Part shown: piece after piece, positions 30,080 to 39,930 of the stretch | Position numbering within the stretch: position 1 is the stretch's first letter | How the letters are laid out: each line of letters opens with the position of its first letter | NCBI GenBank assembly: GCA_034520565.1 | Contig: JAXHNL010000002.1 | Span: forward strand, 928,001-992,000 | Length of the DNA: 64,000 nt | Direction: 5' to 3' | Source: Halodesulfurarchaeum sp. | GTDB lineage: Archaea > Halobacteriota > Halobacteria > Halobacteriales > Halobacteriaceae | Made by a program: the position numbers and the translations under genes | Notes under the pieces: model-generated | Told to the model about the DNA's origin: nothing | Seen by the model: the letters and a program-made list of their open reading frames with translations, nothing else | Databases searched by the model: none

Positions 30080-31996
30080 ATGACAGTACCGCTCACGCCC
30101 GACCTCGATCGGGACGCTCTCGTGACCGCCCTCGGCCGGACCGTGGACCGGCAGGCTGTTCGCACCGGTGAGGCCCGTCGTCGGCGACTCCAGAAGAACC
30201 TCCGGCGACTGTCCCGTGCCTGGGAGACGACGGTGGAAATCGACGAGGAGCTCCCCACGACGGCTCTCGAATCCACGGGGCCGGGGGACGATCCCGAATA
30301 CGTGGTTACGATCACGGGTCGCCGGGTCCCCCAGCCGGTGACGGAGTACGACCCACGAGCCTGGGACTGGCTCGTCCAGCGGGCTCTCGCCGTCCACGAG
30401 GCCGGGCACATTCGGTATACGGACTACGCGGACTGGGCGTCCCGACTCGATGCGGTCGATTCCAGGGACGAGGGCGTCGCCCATACGCTGCACAACGCCC
30501 TGGAGGACGCCGCGATCGAGACCCAGATCGCCGACCGCTGGTCGAACTACCGGGAGCCCCTCCGGGCGCTTCGGGCGAACCTGCTCGAAAACGCAACCGT
30601 CGGCATTCCGGACCCCGAACAGGGCGGTTTCGTCTATCCCCTCGTCCACGCCGTTCACGCCTCGATTCTCGACGGCTGGCTCGAGGCCGTTTACGGGCTG
30701 GAGTTCGGGGTGCTCGATTCGTTGCTCGATCCGACGGATCCGGCCCATCACTTCACGCCCGGTTCGGCCGACCGGGCCCTGTTCGAGACCGAGGTCGTGC
30801 CCCATCTTCCGGGCGTCGTCGAAACGGTCAGGGAGACGCCGGCGGCCGCGGTCCGGAACGAGACGATCTTCGCGTTCGTCAGGCGGGTCCTCGACGTACT
30901 GGACGAAGCTGATGTCGACGGCCGAAGCCAGCAGAAGGGTCGGGCGGACGCGGGTGAAACTGGCGGCGGCATGCCGGACGATTCCCGGGACAACGACTCG
31001 GGGGAGAACCTGGCGGAAGCCGACGCACTCGGCGGGTCCGGTGACGAGGAAGCCGACTCGCTGGCGGAGGCGCCCCGGGACGTCCCGTCGACGGCCCCCG
31101 GCGCGGTCGAGACGATCCCGGACCTCCAGGCCCGGGCCGTCGGGGAGGCCGCGGACGACGCCCGGGCGGAGGCAGGGGTGACCGACGCCGAACTGGACGA
31201 ACTCGAGACGCTGCAGGACGGGATCGCCGGGAGCGGCACCCGGGCCGGTGACGGGCTTCGCTCCGCCGACATCATGCTCCCGACGGAGGACTGGAATGCC
31301 GACCAGGCCGTCCTCGAGGGGATCGAGGCGGACTACCGGCGGCTTGCCCGGCTTTTCAGGAACCGGTTGCAACACGAGCGACGAACTGCCATCACGCGCG
31401 GGACCCGGCGGGGACGCCTCGATCCACAGCGGCTCTATCGCACCGGCGTGGAACCCATGCCGGGGGACCTCAAGCGCAACCGCGAAACCCCCGAGGAGAA
31501 GGCCTATCATATGGCGTTCGTCCTCGACCGGTCGGCCTCGATGGGCCGGAAGATCCGGGAGGCGGAACTCGCCCTCGGCCTGTTGATTTACGCCCTCGAG
31601 GAGGTGGGCGTGGAGACGGAAGTGTTCGAACTGTACGACTCGGCCGTTCGACTCGCCAAGCCGTTCGGGATTCCAGCTCAGTCACGGGAGGACCGGCTCT
31701 TTCACGGCCGAACTGGTGGTGGAACGCCGCTATCGACGGTCCTGCGGGTCGTCCGGACGCGACTGAACCACGAATCGGTGCGGGGAACTCGGCGGGCGAT
31801 GTTCGTCGTGACCGACGGCAAACCGGCTGACCCCCGGGCGTTTTCCGAGACGATCGCCGCGACGACCTTTCCCGTCCTCGGGGTCACCCTCGCCGGGAGG
31901 CAAACGACGGGGACCTATACCCGGTCGGTCGCGGCGAAACCCGGGGCCGAGCTCACGGAGAAATTGCGCCAGTTGGCGACGGAAGTCATGCTGTAG
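30080..31996 (+). CDS. VWA-domain protein (CobT/NorD-like) with N-terminal HExxH motif
   Basis: AVHEAGHIRYTD...HNALED; acidic linker; GRLDP; MIDAS VLDRSAS / GGTPL / VVTDG. Confidence 0.88.
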   Translation: MTVPLTPDLDRDALVTALGRTVDRQAVRTGEARRRRLQKNLRRLSRAWETTVEIDEELPTTALESTGPGDDPEYVVTITGRRVPQPVTEYDPRAWDWLVQRALAVHEAGHIRYTDYADWASRLDAVDSRDEGVAHTLHNALEDAAIETQIADRWSNYREPLRALRANLLENATVGIPDPEQGGFVYPLVHAVHASILDGWLEAVYGLEFGVLDSLLDPTDPAHHFTPGSADRALFETEVVPHLPGVVETVRETPAAAVRNETIFAFVRRVLDVLDEADVDGRSQQKGRADAGETGGGMPDDSRDNDSGENLAEADALGGSGDEEADSLAEAPRDVPSTAPGAVETIPDLQARAVGEAADDARAEAGVTDAELDELETLQDGIAGSGTRAGDGLRSADIMLPTEDWNADQAVLEGIEADYRRLARLFRNRLQHERRTAITRGTRRGRLDPQRLYRTGVEPMPGDLKRNRETPEEKAYHMAFVLDRSASMGRKIREAELALGLLIYALEEVGVETEVFELYDSAVRLAKPFGIPAQSREDRLFHGRTGGGTPLSTVLRVVRTRLNHESVRGTRRAMFVVTDGKPADPRAFSETIAATTFPVLGVTLAGRQTTGTYTRSVAAKPGAELTEKLRQLATEVML

Positions 31997-32196
31997 TCGT
32001 GGCTGCCGGTTGCTTGCCAATCGCGATGGTGGATCGTCTCAGTCGAAGACGTGGGTCCGGGCCATGACCGGACCGTCGGACCGCTCGCCGATCCCCGAGA
32101 CGGCGATTCCGCCGTCTCGGGCTCGAGTTCTCCGTAAAATCGGTCAGTTCGTCCAATCGACCCAATGGCGATTCTCTGCACGAAACATAACCGGAT

Positions 32197-33144
32197 CTAT
32201 CCGCGTCTCTCCGTCGCGTGTGTCCGCACCCACAACTCGCCGATCCGGGACAGCCGGATCCGGTATGACTTGCCCTCGGCCTTCCGCTCGATGTACCCGA
32301 CCTCACCCGGGCCGAGCCGGTCCACGTTGTAGATGACTTTCGAACGGAAACTGTCGGTGTACTCCTCTTCGAGGTCTGCGGCGAGGGTTTCGGCGAGGTC
32401 GCTGATCGAGGCGAACTCGCCGTGTTCGCCGAGGGTGAACAGGATCAGCTCCTCGAAGGGTTTGACGTTGGAGAAGGGGGCGACGGGCAATTCCTTGACG
32501 TGACTGCCGTCGATCTCCTTCGTGCCGATCGTGGTGCCCCGCTCGTCGAACTCCGCTCGAAGGGCCCGGGCGGATTTGAGACGCTCGTCGATCCGATCGG
32601 GATCGATTCGAACGGTCCCTTCGGTATCCATCTCCTCCCGGAGGGCCTCGAGCAGGTCGATTTCGGCCCGGAGTTCCTCGGCGAGTTCGGTCTCGAGGTA
32701 CTTCTCGGGGGCGGTGTAGTAGGTGTGAATCCGGTCGCGGTCGGCCTCGCGTTCGACCATCACCGAGTGGGCGGCGGTGGCGAAGGCGAAACTCACCGGT
32801 CGGGGCATCGAGGAGACGTTCACCCACACCTCACGGCCCGCCTCGAGCTCCGCGGTGATCGCCGCGAAGGCCACCTCGAAGGCCGTGTCGTAGTCGTACA
32901 CGTCCTCGATCGTCATGCGCTCGGTCCGCGCCCCGAGGAGGTTCTCGAAGTCCGCCTCGAGTTTGCCGGCCAGTCGCTTGGAGTACTCCACGTTGCCCTC
33001 GCTCCCGACGGCCCCCTGGAGGAGGACGACCCGGTCGACCGGGAGCTGGTCCCGGACCAGCGGGGCTATCAGTCGGTCGTAATCGAAGCCGACGGGAACG
33101 ATGTGGGTCTGCGGTCTCGCGGCGTCGGGTTGCTCCTCGGTCAT
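32197..33144 (-). CDS. HFX_2341/DUF6293-family regulator (CARF-like Rossmann domain + wHTH)
   Basis: THIVPVGFDYDR, VWVNVSSMPR, C-terminal wHTH (SISDLAE...LSRIGELW); start abuts the symporter stop. Confidence 0.8.
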   Translation of the reverse strand: MTEEQPDAARPQTHIVPVGFDYDRLIAPLVRDQLPVDRVVLLQGAVGSEGNVEYSKRLAGKLEADFENLLGARTERMTIEDVYDYDTAFEVAFAAITAELEAGREVWVNVSSMPRPVSFAFATAAHSVMVEREADRDRIHTYYTAPEKYLETELAEELRAEIDLLEALREEMDTEGTVRIDPDRIDERLKSARALRAEFDERGTTIGTKEIDGSHVKELPVAPFSNVKPFEELILFTLGEHGEFASISDLAETLAADLEEEYTDSFRSKVIYNVDRLGPGEVGYIERKAEGKSYRIRLSRIGELWVRTHATERRG

Positions 33145-34667
33145 CACTCGCGCACCTCGATCAGGTCCGGATCGGCCCCCGGGGCCGGCTTCGAGTGCCG
33201 GGAGGCGACGACAGTGACGACCGTCCCGAGCAGGATCGTGTACAGGGAGATTCCCCACCCGAAGTAGCTCGTCGCGAAGAGGGACACCCCGGAGACTGTC
33301 GTTTCCGGGAGGAAGTTGAACGCGAGGTAGAGCCCCTGTGATCCGAGGATGCCGGCGAGTATGCCCGTTCGAGTCGTCCCTCGCCAGTAGAGTGCGAGAA
33401 TCACCGGCCCGGCCAACTGCGCGAATCCGCCGAAGGCGAGGTCGCCGATCTCGACCAACAGCGAGCCGACGGTGGCCGCCCCGATCCCGCCGCCTTCGGC
33501 CCAGAAACTTGCGAGCAGGGCGGCGACCGCGAAGACGACGACCCCGATCCGGCCCAGCCGGTCCTCCCGGCGCTCGGAGAGGTCCCGATCGACAAAGGGT
33601 CTGTAGAGGTCCCGCGTGAAATAGGAGGCACCCGAGAGGAGCATCGAATCCGAGGAGGACATCATCGCCGCGATGGCCCCGGCGATGACGAGCGCGGCGA
33701 ACCACGTCGGGGTGTAAACCTCGAGGACCAGCGGAAGGACACTTTCCCCCGCGGCGACGTCGGCTTCGATCCCGAGCCCGGCAGCCCAGGTGCCAAGCAG
33801 GAACGCGGGGACGAAAAGCAGGAGCACGAGGACCGGCCAGAGGGTAAACGACCGTTTGAGGACCCGCTCGGACTTCGCGGCGAAAAACCGCTGGTTGATC
33901 TGGGGGAACATCGTCACCCCGAGCGCGATCGATATCGCGAACGTGAGCATGAACTGGGGGGTGTACGCCCCGCCACCGAGCGCGAAGAACTCCGGCGCAT
34001 TCGCCTGGATGCCGGCGTTGATCGTTCCGATGCCGCCGTCGACGGCAAGGAGCACCCAGCCGAGGGCCACCCACACGACGCCGAGCATGAAGACTCCCTG
34101 GAGCGTGTCGGTCCAGGCGATACCGCGCATTCCCGCGAGCGTGACGTAGACGATCATGAAGACGGTGATGAGCGTCGCGCCAGCCCAGAAGGGTACGGCG
34201 CCCTCGGTCAGCCCGGCAATGGCCGCCCCGGCACCGATCTGCTGGAGCATCACGTAGGGAAACAGCCAGAAGAGGGAGATGGCGGCGACCAGGCCGCGAA
34301 GGCCGCGGGAGTTGAATCGGTCATCCAGCAGTTCGCCGAGGGTCACGTATCCGGAGCGCTGGCCCATGAGCCACTGCTTGTACCCGACCAGGTACCACAG
34401 GACGGCGAAGATGAGTCCGTCCATCAGCCCCATCACGAGGATCCACTCCGGGCCGAGCGAGAACGCGGTGTCCGGCCCGCCGAAGAACGTGAACGCCGAG
34501 AGCAACGTCGCAAAGACCGTAAAGAGCAGGACGACCGTCCCGAAACTCCGGCTCGCGAGGTAGAAGTCCTCCGCCGTCCGCTCGGTCACGCGATAGGCGA
34601 CGAGCCCGACGCCGAGCGCGAGGAGGAGATAGCCGACGATGATCCCGAGCTGGAGTCCCACACTCAT
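33144..34667 (-). CDS. Sodium:solute symporter (SSS family)
   Basis: DFYLASRS, ATLLSAFTFFGGP, AWTDTLQG, AAMMSSSDS; about 13 TM helices. Confidence 0.92.
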   Translation of the reverse strand: MSVGLQLGIIVGYLLLALGVGLVAYRVTERTAEDFYLASRSFGTVVLLFTVFATLLSAFTFFGGPDTAFSLGPEWILVMGLMDGLIFAVLWYLVGYKQWLMGQRSGYVTLGELLDDRFNSRGLRGLVAAISLFWLFPYVMLQQIGAGAAIAGLTEGAVPFWAGATLITVFMIVYVTLAGMRGIAWTDTLQGVFMLGVVWVALGWVLLAVDGGIGTINAGIQANAPEFFALGGGAYTPQFMLTFAISIALGVTMFPQINQRFFAAKSERVLKRSFTLWPVLVLLLFVPAFLLGTWAAGLGIEADVAAGESVLPLVLEVYTPTWFAALVIAGAIAAMMSSSDSMLLSGASYFTRDLYRPFVDRDLSERREDRLGRIGVVVFAVAALLASFWAEGGGIGAATVGSLLVEIGDLAFGGFAQLAGPVILALYWRGTTRTGILAGILGSQGLYLAFNFLPETTVSGVSLFATSYFGWGISLYTILLGTVVTVVASRHSKPAPGADPDLIEVRE

Positions 34668-34909
34668 TGGCGATCACCACTGTGTCCGTCATCGTGGGTC
34701 GGGGCTGGTCGATCCGTGATCCAGAGCCCCCATGCACGAGTGGCGAAGACCCGGAAGACGATTGCGGCGAATCCCAGCCACGCGATATGCCACCACAGCC
34801 AGATGGGGAGGCCGGCGACCACCCGCTGGGACCCCCAGAGGAACCAGGGGATTGCCAGCCCGACGAGCCCGAGAAAGGTGAGTGCCCAGCCGATCGATCG
34901 ACGGTCCAT
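34664..34909 (-). CDS. DUF3311 small membrane protein (SSS partner)
   Basis: IPWFLWG...GLPIWLWWHIAW; ATGA overlap with the symporter. Confidence 0.82.
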   Translation of the reverse strand: MDRRSIGWALTFLGLVGLAIPWFLWGSQRVVAGLPIWLWWHIAWLGFAAIVFRVFATRAWGLWITDRPAPTHDDGHSGDRQ

Positions 34910-34967
34910 TGGTACGTAAACGAGATTCGATCGACTAATAGTCTGTCGATTCGCATTCGATAGCCAC

Positions 34968-34992
34968 TATTGAAGAAAATAACTCTTCAATA
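34968..34992. promoter_or_regulatory. Perfect inverted repeat TATTGAAGA-N7-TCTTCAATA
   Basis: AT-rich palindrome about 60 nt upstream of the DUF3311-SSS-regulator operon. Confidence 0.55.
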
Positions 34993-35529
34993 AGGCCGCC
35001 TTTGGAATGAGAATCAGTCCGGCGGCTCCGGTCCCGGGGCTGCTCTGAAGGCCTTCTTTAGGGATCACCTCGGTCAACGAAGTCATCGGTCCTGGGGATC
35101 CTCGGTGCCGCAGGGTCGAAACACAGTCAAACGGGGTCTCGATGGGGCCGGGGGAGATCGTCAACACGACTGGTCGGGGAACAGCCTGACCGATCGGTCC
35201 ACGGACTGATGGTCGTCGAAATCTTCGATCGCCGCCCTGTGTGCCGACCCCGTTTCCGGGGAACTCGTGGTGGGAACGGAGCAGCGAGTAGTTCCGGACC
35301 CTCGCTTTCCACGAGGGCGGATCGTCACTGTGACGGGACGATCTCGAACACCCGAATACCGGAATAGCGGCAACGCGAAAATTTAAGCCCACCCCAAATA
35401 ATGGGGAAGTATGTCGACGCCGTCGAGGATGAATCTAGGGGATGGAGATGGGATTCATTCTCGAAAACCCTCCACATTGGGATCATCGAAATGGACACCT
35501 TTTTCCGCGCGCTTTGGTAACCAACCACT

Positions 35530-36258
35530 ATGACCACCGGACCAGACACGTCCTCGGAAGCGGCCGATGACAGCTGGTCCGAAAGCGGGGCATCGCTATC
35601 GGTGGACCGGCAGGGATTGACGGCGACGTTCGTCATCGAGACGGACAAGCCCTGTCCCGCACTCGAACTTCGAGGCGACAGGGCCGGAGGAACGATACGG
35701 ATGGAATCGCTGGAGGGCCAAGAATGCGTCCTCGAAATCGCGACGGACGACCTCGACGAGGCGTGTGATCTCGTCAAAACGATGGGGGGCTCGTGTAATT
35801 GTGACTCGGAACGGGAAGGGGATCTGCCGGAGGATGGCGTTCTCAAGATCACACACGACCGGCGCCATCACTGCATCTGTGACGTATTCGAGAGTTACGG
35901 ACACTACCCGAAGCTTCGAACGACCGCCAACAAGTCCCTGCAAATGGAGGTAAAACTCGCGGATCGGGACACTCTCCCTTCGCTGGTCGAAGACCTCAAC
36001 AGGGCCGCCGAGTCCGTTCGTCTCGCGGATCTGACGAGTGCCAAACCGGAGCACTCGGAGGACGTCACGCTCGATTTGAGTGTCCTGACCGAGCGCCAGC
36101 GGGATTTCTTCCGACGGGCCGTCGAGGAAGGACTCTTCGAGGACCCGCGACGCATAACGGTTCGAGAACTGGCCGAGAAACTCGACATCTCGGCCTCGGC
36201 AGCCTCCAGGCGGCTCCGACGCATCCAGACGAAGCTCTTCTCGCAGTTCGAACTGTAA
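35530..36258 (+). CDS. dmsR: DmsR-like transcriptional activator (Cys-rich N-domain + Bat-type HTH)
   Basis: PCP, CNC and CICDVF cysteines; C-terminal LTERQ...G.FE.PRRIT..ELAE.L.IS HTH; lies upstream of the reductase operon. Confidence 0.75.
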   Translation: MTTGPDTSSEAADDSWSESGASLSVDRQGLTATFVIETDKPCPALELRGDRAGGTIRMESLEGQECVLEIATDDLDEACDLVKTMGGSCNCDSEREGDLPEDGVLKITHDRRHHCICDVFESYGHYPKLRTTANKSLQMEVKLADRDTLPSLVEDLNRAAESVRLADLTSAKPEHSEDVTLDLSVLTERQRDFFRRAVEEGLFEDPRRITVRELAEKLDISASAASRRLRRIQTKLFSQFEL

Positions 36259-36541
36259 GGAAATCAAACATCACTTCGACGGCGGAACGAGGCCCGGTAT
36301 CACTGTCTTCGGTTCAAGAACCCCTCAACGTGTTGAGTCCATAGTTTTCCCCCCATCTTGGCAATATAGGGATAGTGCGTATCCCGACTGAGGACACTCC
36401 CTCCACGAACGCCCCGCCGGTCGAACCAGGGAGCCACAGGTTTCTCGAACCCACCGCAATTCATCAGTTTCAGGGTTTCGGACACACGGGTGCAACGCCC
36501 TCGAAACACGGTGCACTTTCGGCCTCGAACGGAGGTCTCCG

Positions 36542-36706
36542 ATGAGTCGGACAGGGCCGGACCACCGGAAGTTCCAGTTCAACTGCCCGCGCTGTGATTT
36601 CGTGACGATCGTCGATACGGGCGTCAGGGAGGACATGCTGGCGGCAGGATGTTATCTCTGTGGTGCAGCCGTCAAAGCCCAGCAGTTCACCCCGGTTCCT
36701 CCGTAA
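36542..36706 (+). CDS. Small CPxC...CxxCG zinc-finger microprotein (54 aa; absent from the ORF track)
   Basis: Translates as MSRTGPDHRKFQFNCPRCDFVTIVDTGVREDMLAAGCYLCGAAVKAQQFTPVPP; GGAGGT SD upstream. Confidence 0.75.
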   Translation: MSRTGPDHRKFQFNCPRCDFVTIVDTGVREDMLAAGCYLCGAAVKAQQFTPVPP

Positions 36707-36908
36707 CTGCTATTCGGCTTCGTCGAGTCGATTCCTCGGGAAGAGCCGCCGAAAACGAACGGGATGGTGGGTACCGTTGAGCCATTTCTCCGTGCCTGGC
36801 ATTCGGATTCACAACCTGGCTTTGCAACCTTTACTTAAACCGGTTCAAATGTGCGCCTCCCCCCTTACCCGCCTCTAGCAATTACACATCTCTACAGGGG
36901 ATTATACC

Positions 36909-37151
36909 GTGTACAACCAAGGCGAGCCACACGCCATCAGGGAGGACGACTTGGCCAAGAAGGCCGAGGACGTTCTCGAGGACGTACCGTTCGACACTGA
37001 CCTCGGGGAACGACTCGCGAGAGACGCCCAGCGGGTTACTCGGGGCGAACTGTCCCGTGAGGAGTTCCACCGGATACACCACAAGGCAGTGATGGAGGAA
37101 TTCGGCATGGACGAGCGAGCGACGAAACCGGAGGGGTTCGACGATGAGTGA
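36909..37151 (+). CDS. dmsE: DmsE-like small acidic protein
   Basis: FDTDLG..LARDAQRV..GELS.EEF....H..V.EEFG.DER; overlaps the start of the catalytic subunit. Confidence 0.7.
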   Translation: MYNQGEPHAIREDDLAKKAEDVLEDVPFDTDLGERLARDAQRVTRGELSREEFHRIHHKAVMEEFGMDERATKPEGFDDE

Positions 37152-39930
37152 GGAGGACGATACCGGACTCGACCTCACCCGACGTGACGCGATGAAGGCC
37201 GGTGGGGTGGCCGCTGCCGGGCTGGGTCTCGGTGGTGCGTCGTCGAAGCTCGGCATCTTGGACGCCGAGGCACAATCGACTCTCGAAGAGGAGACCGTCA
37301 ATACGGCCTGCTGGATCGGCAAGATGGACTGTGCGATGGAGGCCCACAAGGTTGGCGATCGGGTCGTCCAGTTCACTGGTCACCCTGACGATCCGCGAAC
37401 GGGGGGCGGGATTTGCCCGAAGGGCCAGGCACAGATCGCGCAGGTCTACAACCCATACCGCATCAAAGCGCCGTTGAAGCGCACGAACGAGAAGGGACAG
37501 CTCGGCGAGTGGGAGGAGATCTCCTGGGACCAGGCGATGGAGGAGATCGGCGCAGACCTCAAAGAGAAACTTCAGGACGACCCCAAGCGCGTCGTCTTCC
37601 AGGTCGGCCGGAAGAAATCGCCGCAGTGGCAGGAAGACGCCTGGGTGACCGGGACGAGCAACAAGTACGGCTCGATGGAGAAGTACGGACACGGGGCGAC
37701 GTGTTCGGACTCCGGCTACCGCGGGCAGGAGCTCACGTTTGGAACTCACGGGGTCTCCGAGACCGACTTCCGGAACTGCGAGATGATGATCGCGTGGGGG
37801 CACAACATCACCCGGGGTGGCGGTGCCCACCACTGTGCGCTGACCTGGCCGCGCCAGATCTCCGAGGCACGTGACGACCAGGGAATGAAGGTCGTCTCGG
37901 TCGACCCCCAGCGACGCTCCGCGGGCTCGTACGCTGACAAGTGGCTCCCGATCGAGCCCTCGACGGACCTCGCGTTCTGGAGCGCGTTCAACCACGTGCT
38001 CGTCCGCGAGGGGTACATCGACGAGATGTATCTCACCCGATCGACGAACGCACCGTGTCTCGTCGCGACCGAGGGCGAGAACGAAGGGGAGATCCTCCGC
38101 GCCGAAGACGCGGAAGATCCCGCAGAATCGTGGAAGTGGCCCCGCGGCGAACTCGTCTGGGACCAGAAAGCTGGCGAGCCTGTTCCCCAGGAAGAGGCGT
38201 CGGCACCGGAGAACATCGCCCTCGAAGGGACCTACGAGGTCGACGGCGTGGAGGCGAAACCCGCCTTCCAGCTGTACACGGAGCACATCGAACAGTACGA
38301 CCCCGAATGGGCGGAGTCCATCGTCAACCGCACGGACCTCGATGGGACGCCCGGAATCACCGCCGAAGACATCGAAGACCTCGCGATTGAGTGGGGTGAG
38401 ACCGCACAGATCGGTGCCACCGTCGAGATCAACGGCGAGGAGCTCCCGTATCGGCCCGTTGGGATCCACGGCTACCACGTCGCACAGGAAGAACAGGGCG
38501 TCATGGCGACTATCGCCCAGTATCACGCCGCCATGCTCGTTGGCGCGGTCGACGCGGTCGGCTCGACGCGCATCCGGAAAGGAAAGGACGACGGCCCCTC
38601 CGATTACCGTGCGGGCTTCCGCGATCTGGCGTACAACCCCGAGAAGATCACGCCGGAGCCGAGTGGTCCATCGCTCGGCGGGAGCATGTTCCATCCGATC
38701 GACTCTGGTGGGTACACGCAGACACCCGTCAGCCTCAACAATCCCGAGAAGTACAATCTCCCCTACGAACCCGAGGAGATGGCGTTCGTCGTCCAGATGG
38801 CGAACCCGGTGATGCAGGGGCCGAACACGCAATCCCAGATCGAGGCATACAGCAAACTCGACACGGTCGTCGTCGTGGATCCGTGGATGAGTGCCACTGC
38901 CGACGTGGGTGCGGATTACGTGCTTCCGGCGGCGACGGCGGACAAACTCCAGGGCCCGACTGGCGGTAACGACGGCTACGCGGACATCAGCCACATCCGG
39001 TTCCCGGCGATGGAACCGATGTGGAACTCGCTCCCGGACGCAGAGATCTTCATCAAGATGGCCGAGGCCGTCGACGCGAAGGAGGAGTACCTCGCCGACA
39101 TCAACGACGAACTCGGCATCGACGGGACCGAATACGCGTTCGATCCCGTCGAGGACCAGGATTACTTCGACGACCCATCGGCGTTCCTCGAGGAAGGGTT
39201 GGATCGCTGGGCGCAGAACAAAGGAAAGAGCCTCGACTGGTTCCGCGAGAACGTGATGGTCGAGGAACACGATGTCGGCAGCGGCGTCCGCTACGCCTAC
39301 ACTTGGGGCGACCGTGACGAGTGGGGCGAGTTCAACCCCTACGCCGTCAAGCACGACTTCTACAGCGAGACGCTCCTGAAGATGGGCGAGCGCGTTGAGG
39401 AACTCATGGAACAGGAAGGCTTCGACCCGGTGGAAGACTTCCCGTACGTGCAGGACTACAACGCCTTCCCCACGTGGCGGGACCCCACGATGTGGGACTC
39501 CATCGACGAGGGGTACGACCTCTCGATGATCAGTGCTCACCCGATCGAGCACAAACAGTCGCGGTCGTCGAACAACGAACTCTTGAACGAGATCCATCCC
39601 CGCAGTCACGTGCGGATGAACGCCCAGGACGCCGCCGAACGCGGCATCGAAGACGGCGACGAGGTCGTCGTCACGAGCCACAACGCACAGACGGGTGAAG
39701 TGGTCAATGATGTGGAGGGCGTCGCGATGGTGATGGAAGGCATGAAACCGGGCGTCATCGACGTTCCTGCCCACCACGGCCAGTTCAAGGATCCCGTGAG
39801 CGAAGCCCTCGACGAGGGACCGAACATCAACTCGGCGTTCCCGAACGGACCCGGATACCTCGGTTTCGACAACGGGCACGCCTTCCACGTGATGACGAAG
39901 GTCGAGAAGAAGGGGGGTGACAGCGAATGA
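37144..39930 (+). CDS. dmsA: Tat-exported molybdopterin oxidoreductase catalytic subunit (haloarchaeal DmsA-like; substrate not certain)
   Basis: Tat signal LTRRDAMK; CWIGKMDC...ICPKG; HGATC putative Mo ligand; ADYVLPAA; C-terminal MNAQDAAERGIEDGDEV. Confidence 0.85.
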   Translation: MSEEDDTGLDLTRRDAMKAGGVAAAGLGLGGASSKLGILDAEAQSTLEEETVNTACWIGKMDCAMEAHKVGDRVVQFTGHPDDPRTGGGICPKGQAQIAQVYNPYRIKAPLKRTNEKGQLGEWEEISWDQAMEEIGADLKEKLQDDPKRVVFQVGRKKSPQWQEDAWVTGTSNKYGSMEKYGHGATCSDSGYRGQELTFGTHGVSETDFRNCEMMIAWGHNITRGGGAHHCALTWPRQISEARDDQGMKVVSVDPQRRSAGSYADKWLPIEPSTDLAFWSAFNHVLVREGYIDEMYLTRSTNAPCLVATEGENEGEILRAEDAEDPAESWKWPRGELVWDQKAGEPVPQEEASAPENIALEGTYEVDGVEAKPAFQLYTEHIEQYDPEWAESIVNRTDLDGTPGITAEDIEDLAIEWGETAQIGATVEINGEELPYRPVGIHGYHVAQEEQGVMATIAQYHAAMLVGAVDAVGSTRIRKGKDDGPSDYRAGFRDLAYNPEKITPEPSGPSLGGSMFHPIDSGGYTQTPVSLNNPEKYNLPYEPEEMAFVVQMANPVMQGPNTQSQIEAYSKLDTVVVVDPWMSATADVGADYVLPAATADKLQGPTGGNDGYADISHIRFPAMEPMWNSLPDAEIFIKMAEAVDAKEEYLADINDELGIDGTEYAFDPVEDQDYFDDPSAFLEEGLDRWAQNKGKSLDWFRENVMVEEHDVGSGVRYAYTWGDRDEWGEFNPYAVKHDFYSETLLKMGERVEELMEQEGFDPVEDFPYVQDYNAFPTWRDPTMWDSIDEGYDLSMISAHPIEHKQSRSSNNELLNEIHPRSHVRMNAQDAAERGIEDGDEVVVTSHNAQTGEVVNDVEGVAMVMEGMKPGVIDVPAHHGQFKDPVSEALDEGPNINSAFPNGPGYLGFDNGHAFHVMTKVEKKGGDSE

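Noticed and set aside
34995-35520. Possible pseudogene or IS remnant between the SSS operon and dmsR
   Set aside because: No recognisable protein motif, terminal inverted repeats or target-site duplication
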